NCBI GenBank assembly: GCA_009914755.4
Contig: CP086569.2
Location: 21,632,001-21,696,000 of the forward strand
Length of the DNA stretch: 64,000 nt
Direction: 5' to 3'
Source of the DNA: the human T2T-CHM13v2.0 reference genome, Homo sapiens
Under the pieces are notes generated by a model. It searched no databases. It was given only the letters and a program-made list of their open reading frames with translations, and was not told the DNA's origin. A program made the position numbers and the translations under genes. Position 1 is the first letter of the stretch. Every line of letters starts with the position of its first letter. Below are positions 58,641 through 64,000 of this stretch, in pieces.

Positions 58641-58863
58641 AGCTTGTTTGCCAACTGTGGCCTCTGCTTGAGGTAGCCCTGTGGACCCAAACGCCCAACA
58701 AAAGAAACATAGGCATGGAGACAGTAATTGAATTTGGTTGAATGGGTTGAAATTCTAGTTCACTCAAAGCCCCAGAGTGAACTAGAATTAAAGCCAGTCA
58801 ACCAAACACACTTTATGCCATAATCAACCCCCAAGGGGCATCAAACAAGAAAGAAGCAAAGAA

Positions 58864-58930
58864 AATAAATAAATAAATACATACATACATACATACATAC
58901 ATACATACATACATACATACATACATACAT
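58864..58930. repeat. (AAAT)n followed by (ATAC)n microsatellite
   Basis: aaataaataaataaat then about 14 ATAC units. Confidence 0.9.
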
Positions 58931-60769
58931 AAAATTTAAAAAATAAAAAAATTATCCAAAAGTAGCAACTTCAAAGATTGAAGAAATGTCAGCCCACACA
59001 GATGGGAAAGTCCACTAGCTCTGGTAACTCAAAAAGTTTGAGTGTTTTTTTTACCTTCAACCCCAGCAATGGTTCTTAAACAGTCTGAAGTGGCTGAAAT
59101 GTCAGAAACAGAATTCAGAATATGGATAACACTAAAAATTAACAATATACAGGAGATAGCCAAACCCAATTAACCACAAAATCAGGCAAAAAACAATTCT
59201 CAGGAAATTCAGAAAAACTGAAATTAAACACACTGTTCAACCACACTGCAATACAAAATAAGAATTAATGCTCACAAAATCACTTCAAACTATACAATTA
59301 CATGGAAATTAAACAACCTACTACTGAATGACTTCTGAATAAACAATGAAATTAATGAAGAAATCAAGAAATTCTTTGAAACTAATGAGAACAAATTTAC
59401 AACATACCAGAACATGTGACAAAGGCATAGTAGTGTTAAAGGGGAACTTTACAGCACTGAATGCCCACATCAAAATTAGAAAAATCTCAGATTAACACCA
59501 TACATCACAATTATTAATAGGAGAATTGGAGAAACTAGGGGAACTAGAGAAAAAATAAACAAATCCCAAGGCTAAAAGATGACAAGAAGTAAGGTAAATT
59601 AGAGTTGAACTGAAAGAAATTGAGACACTGAAAACCATACAGCAGATCAATGAAATCAAGATCTACATTTTGAAGAATTAATAAGATGGATGTACTGCTA
59701 CCTAGAATAATAAATAGAAAAGACATAATTTAAATAAACAATGAGATACAACATTACCATTTGCCCCATAAAAATGTGAAAAACCCCCAGAGAATATTTT
59801 GAACCCCTCTATTCACATAAGTTATAAAACATTGACGAAATTTACTGGATAAATTACTGAAAACACACAACCTCTCAAGTCTGAAGTAGGAAGTAATTGA
59901 ATCCCTGAACAGACTGATAATGAGTTCCAAAATTGAGTAAGTGATAAAAAGCTTAGCAGAACAAAACGGAATAAATGGATACACAGCAGAATTCTACCAG
60001 ATGTATAAGGACAAACATACTATTTCTACTGAAAATATTATTTAAAAGTGAGAAGAACGAACTACCTATTTCATCAAGTGAGGGAAACATCATCCTGATA
60101 CCAAAATCTGGCAGAGACAAAAATAAAAATAAAACTTCAGGCTAATATTTGTGATGAACATTGATGTAAAAATACTCAACCAAATAATAGCAAATTGAAT
60201 AAAGCAGCACATTAAAAAGCTTATTTACCATTAACAGGTAGGCTTTTTCTCGGTTGTAAGGATGGCTCAACACATGGATAAAAATGAATGTGATTTACCA
60301 GATAAATGTAACTAAAAACAAAGAAAAGATTATCTAATAGATGCAGAAAAGACTTTCAATAAAATTTTACATTCCTTCAGGCTAAAAATCTTCAACAAAT
60401 TAGGCATTGAAGAAATATACTTCGAAATAATAACAGACATCCATGACAGATTCGTAGCCAACAGCACACAGAATGGCAATGTTGGCAACTTCCCCTTTCA
60501 GACCAGAGCAAGACCAGGGTTTTCTCTCTCACCACTCCCATTCAACATAGTACTGGAAGCCTTAGCCAGAGCATTCAGACAAGAGGAAAAAAAGAAAAGA
60601 CCTCCAAATAGGAAAAGAGAAAGTTAAAAAATTCCTGTTTTCAGATGATATGATTCTATATCTAGAAAACCCCATAGTTTTTGCACAAAATCTCTCTTAC
60701 ATGATTAAAAAAAATTAGCAAATTTTTAGGACACAAAATCAATGTATGAAAATCAGTGTCCTTCAAATC

Positions 60770-63597
60770 AGGAAGATGGCCAAATAGGAACAGCTACGAT
60801 CTGCAGCTCCAGCAAGATCAACACAGAAGAAGGGTGATTTTCGCATTTCCAACTGAGGTACATGGTTCTTCTCACTGGAATGGTTGGACAGTTGGTGCAG
60901 CTCATGGAGGGTGAGCTGAAGCAGGGCAGGGCATCATCTTACACAGGAAGTGCAAGGGGTTGGGAGATTTCCCTTTCCTGGCCAAGGGAAGCCATGACAG
61001 CCTGTACCTGGAGAAATGTACACTCTTGACGAAATACTGTGCTTTTTCCCACACTCTTAGCAAGCGGCAGACCTGGAGCTACCCTCCCGTGCCTGGCTCG
61101 GCAGGTTCCATGCCCATGGAGACTTGCTCACTGCTAGCACAGCAGTCTGAGATAAACCTGTGATGCTGCAGCTTGACAGGCCATCCACCATCACTGAGGC
61201 TTGAGTAGTTCACAGTGTAAATAAAGTGGCTGGGAAGCACAAACTGGGTGGAGCCCAACACAGCTCAGTGCAGCCTACTGCCTCTATAGATTCCACCTCT
61301 GGGGACAGGCGATAGTGGAACAAAAGGCAGAAGACAGCTTCTGCAGACTTAAGCATCCCTGTCCAACAGCTCTGAAGAGAGCAGTTGTTCTCTCAGCACG
61401 GCATTCAATCTCCAAGAATGGAAAGACTACCTCCTCAACCCCTGTCTAGCCTGACTGGGAAACATCTCCCAGTAGGGGTCAACAGACACCTCAAACAGGT
61501 GGGTAGCCATCTGGGACAAACCTTGCAGAAAAAGGATCAGACAGCAATATTTGCTGTTCTGCAGCCTCCCCTGCAGATGATACCCAGGCAAACTTGTCTG
61601 GAGTGGACTCTAGCAAACTCCAACAGACGTGCAGCTGAGGGGACTGATTGTTAGAATGAAAACTAACAAACAGAAAGGAATAGTATCAATATCAACAAAA
61701 AGGACATCTAGTCCATTCCAAGATGGCTAAATAGGAAGAGTTCTGGCCTGCAGCTCCCAGTATGATCGACACTGAATATGGGTGATTTCTGCATTTCCAA
61801 CTGAAGGACCTTGTTCATCTCATTTGGACTGGTTGGACAGTGGTTGCAGCCCATGGAGGTTGAACCAAAGTGGGCGGGATGTCACCTCGCCTGGGAAGCA
61901 CAAAGAGTCAGGAGATTTCCCTTTCCTAGTCAAGGGAAGCTGTGACAGATGGTACGTGGAAAAATGGGACAGTTTTGCCCAAACACTGCACTTTTCCCAT
62001 GGTCTTAGCAACTTGCAGACCAGGAGATTCTCTCCCATGCCTTGATCAGTGGGTCCCATTCCCATGGAGTTTTGCTCACTGCTAGTGCAGCAGTCTGAGA
62101 TCGACCTGCGATGCTGCAGCCTTACGGGGGGTGGGGGGTCATCCTCCATTGCTGAGGCTTGAGTAGGTAAACAAAGTGGCTGGGAATCTCGAACTGGGCA
62201 GAGCCCATTGTAGCTCAGCAAGGACTACTGCCTCTATAGAATCCACCTCTGTGGGAAGGGCATACATGAACAAAAGGCAGCAGAAATGTCTGCAGATTTA
62301 AATGTCTCTATGTGACAGTTCTGAAGAGAGCATTGGTTCTCCCAGCATGGTGTTTGAGCTCTAACAAGGAACAGAATGCCTCATCAAGTGGGTTCCTGAA
62401 CCCTGTGTAGCCTAACTGGGAAACACCTCCCAGTAGGGGCCAGCTGACACCTCATACAGGTGGGTCCCCCTCTGGGACAAAGTTTCCAGAGGAAGGATCA
62501 GGCAGCAATATTTGTTGTTCAGCAATATTTGCTATTCTCCATCCTCTGCTGGTGATACCCAGGCAAACAGCATCTGGAGCGGACCTCCAGCAAACTCCAA
62601 GAGGCCTGCAGCTGAGGGACCTGACTGTTAGAATGAAAACTAACAAACACAAAGGAATAGCATCAGCATCAGCAATAAGGACATACACATCAAAACACCT
62701 TCTGTAGGTCACCAACATCAAAGCCCAAAAATAGATAAAACCACAAAGATGGGGAGAAACCAGAGCAGAAAAATGGAAAATCCTAAAAAGCAGAGTGCCT
62801 CTTCTCCAAAGTATTGCAGCTCTTCGCCAGCAGTAGAACAAAGCTGGATGGAGAATGATTGATGAGTTGACAGAAGTAGGTTTCAAAAGGTCAGTAATAA
62901 ACTTCTCCGAGCTAAAGGAGCATGTTCTAACCCATCGCAAGGAAGCTAAAAACCTTGAAAAAACATCAGATGAAAGACTAACTAGAATAAACAGTGTAGA
63001 GAAGAACTGAAATGATGTGATGGAGCTGAACGCCATGGAACAAGAATTATGTGATGTATGAACAAGCTTCAATAGCTGATTCAATCAGGTGGAAGAAAGG
63101 ATATCAGTGATTAAAGATCAAATTAATGAAATAAGGCAAGAAGACAATATTAGAGAAAAAAAGTAAAAAAAAAAAAAAATGAACAAAGCCACCAAGAAAG
63201 ATGGGACTATGTGAAAAGATCAAATATATATTTGATTGGTGTCTCTGAAAGTGATGGTGAGAGTGGAACCAAGCTGGAAAACACTCTGCAGGATATTTTC
63301 CAGGAGAACTTCCCCAACCTAGCAAGACAGGCCAACATTCAAATTCAGGAAATAGAGAGAAATTCACAAAGATACTCCTCGAGAAGAGCAACGCCCAGAC
63401 ACATAATTGTCAGATTCACCAAGGTTGAAATAAAGGAAAAAATGTTAAGGACAGCCAGAGAGAAAGGTCAGGTTACACACAAAGGGAAGTCCATCAGACT
63501 AACAGTGGATCTCTCAGCAGGAACCCTACAAGTCAGAAGAGAGTGGGGGCCAATATACAATATTCTTAAAGAAAAGAATTTTCAACCCAGAATTTCT
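60770..63597 (+). mobile_element. L1PA-type 5' end (intact 5' terminus), 5' UTR tandemly duplicated (60770-61740 and 61741-62690), ORF1 N-terminal two-thirds
   Basis: Begins ggaagatggccaaataggaacagctacgatctgcagctcc (L1PA 5' start); second 5' UTR copy starts tccaagatggctaaataggaagagttctggcctgcagctccc; ORF1 text MGRNQSRKMENPKKQSASSPK... TKLENTLQDIFQENFPNLARQANIQIQEIERN...; ends at 63597, interrupted by another L1. Confidence 0.8.
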
Positions 63598-64000
63598 TTT
63601 TTTCTCTTTTTTCTTAAGTTTTATTATTATTATACTTTAAGTTTTAGGATACATGTGCACAACGTGCAGGTTTGTTACATATGTATACATATGCCATGTT
63701 GGTGTGCTGCACCCATTAACTCATCATTTAGCATTAGGTTTATCTCCTAATGCTATCCCTTCCCCCTCCCCCAACCCCACAACAATCCCCAGTGTGTGAT
63801 GTTCCCCTTCCTGTGTCAGTGTGTTCTCTTTGTTCAATTCCCACCTATGAGTGAGAACATGCAGCGTTGGTTTTTTTGTCCTTGCGATAGTTTGCTGAGA
63901 ATGATGGTTTCCAGTTTCATCAATTCCCCTACAAAGGACATAAACTCATCCTTTTTTATGGCTGCATAGTATTCCATTTTGTATATGTGCCATATTTTCT
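63598..64000 (-). mobile_element. L1 3' end (antisense) inserted into ORF1 of the preceding L1; continues past window end
   Basis: poly-T / (TTA)n then reverse-complement L1 3' UTR (tatactttaagttttaggatacatgtgcacaacgtgcaggtttgttacatatgtatacatatgccatgttggtgtgctgcaccc). Confidence 0.85.

Larger units (their letters stand above)
56230..60769 (+). mobile_element. older L1 (L1PB/L1MA-type) 5' end: long 5' UTR with tandem repeats, ORF1 deleted, ORF2 N-terminal half
   Basis: 5' UTR-like text (gaaaccacattaggattcaccaaggcagcagaggaacacag); ORF2-like frames from ~59160 (..LRKFRKTEI.., ..LKEIETLKTIQQINE.., ..[30 protein letters not shown]..) ending at 60769, where a younger L1 is inserted. Confidence 0.55.

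Noticed and set aside
62452-63084. 210-aa minus-strand ORF
   Set aside because: It lies antisense to the L1 ORF1/5' UTR (repeat-derived), so it is not an independent gene. It is mentioned only in the L1 nest finding in relation to the known L1 antisense ORF0 region.
63211-63750. 179-aa + strand ORF
   Set aside because: Chimeric read-through of L1 ORF1 (63211-63597) into the antisense 3' UTR of a different L1 (63598 onward); an artefact of nesting.

Overview
This window reads as primate (human-type) Y-chromosome DNA, not a prokaryotic locus. Positions 1-24,300 carry a ribosomal protein S4 gene on the + strand; from memory of the paralog proteins it is RPS4Y2 (testis-specific, Yq11) rather than RPS4X or RPS4Y1. 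Six coding segments are visible (1-77, 3091-3271, 4507-4604, 12028-12199, 22732-22889, 24154-24255). All internal junctions are canonical GT/AG, the stop is TAA at 24253-24255 and an AATAAA follows at 24290-24295; the ATG lies just upstream of the window. The concatenated exons give a 263-aa S4-type protein. The RPS4Y2 introns carry at least seven Alus and old L1 fragments. The remaining ~40 kb is a repeat-dense intergenic region containing: (i) a gamma-retrovirus-like (class I) ERV provirus on the minus strand (~33.0-42.4 kb) with MLV-like gag MA/CA, protease (DTGA), RT, connection/RNase H, integrase and an env-TM remnant. It is interrupted by a 2.1-kb 5'-truncated L1 with a 14-bp target-site duplication, and its 3' LTR is reduced to ~120 bp. 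(ii) A HERV-K/HML-like (class II) provirus on the + strand (44,624-49,885) with both ~500-bp LTRs and near-matching 6-bp flanks, but lacking gag/pro and the RT N-terminus, with a 5'-truncated Alu plus TSD inside its 3' LTR. (iii) Several L1s, including a young-looking 3' end (52.8-54.2 kb), an old L1 whose 5' UTR contains about nine ~145-bp tandem units, and nested into it a 5'-intact L1 with a tandemly duplicated 5' UTR, itself interrupted by another L1 3' end. (iv) More than 20 Alus, several with clean TSDs, one young AluY with a 27-nt pure poly-A and a 14-bp TSD, and an Alu cluster showing insertion-site reuse and Alu-in-Alu nesting. I see no CRISPR array, operon, or novel defence-like system; the tandem arrays are L1 5'-UTR-type repeats and microsatellites. 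Coordinates of repeat boundaries are by-eye estimates (roughly ±10-30 bp). Family-level ERV/L1 calls are made from recalled consensus sequences and should be confirmed with RepeatMasker/Dfam.
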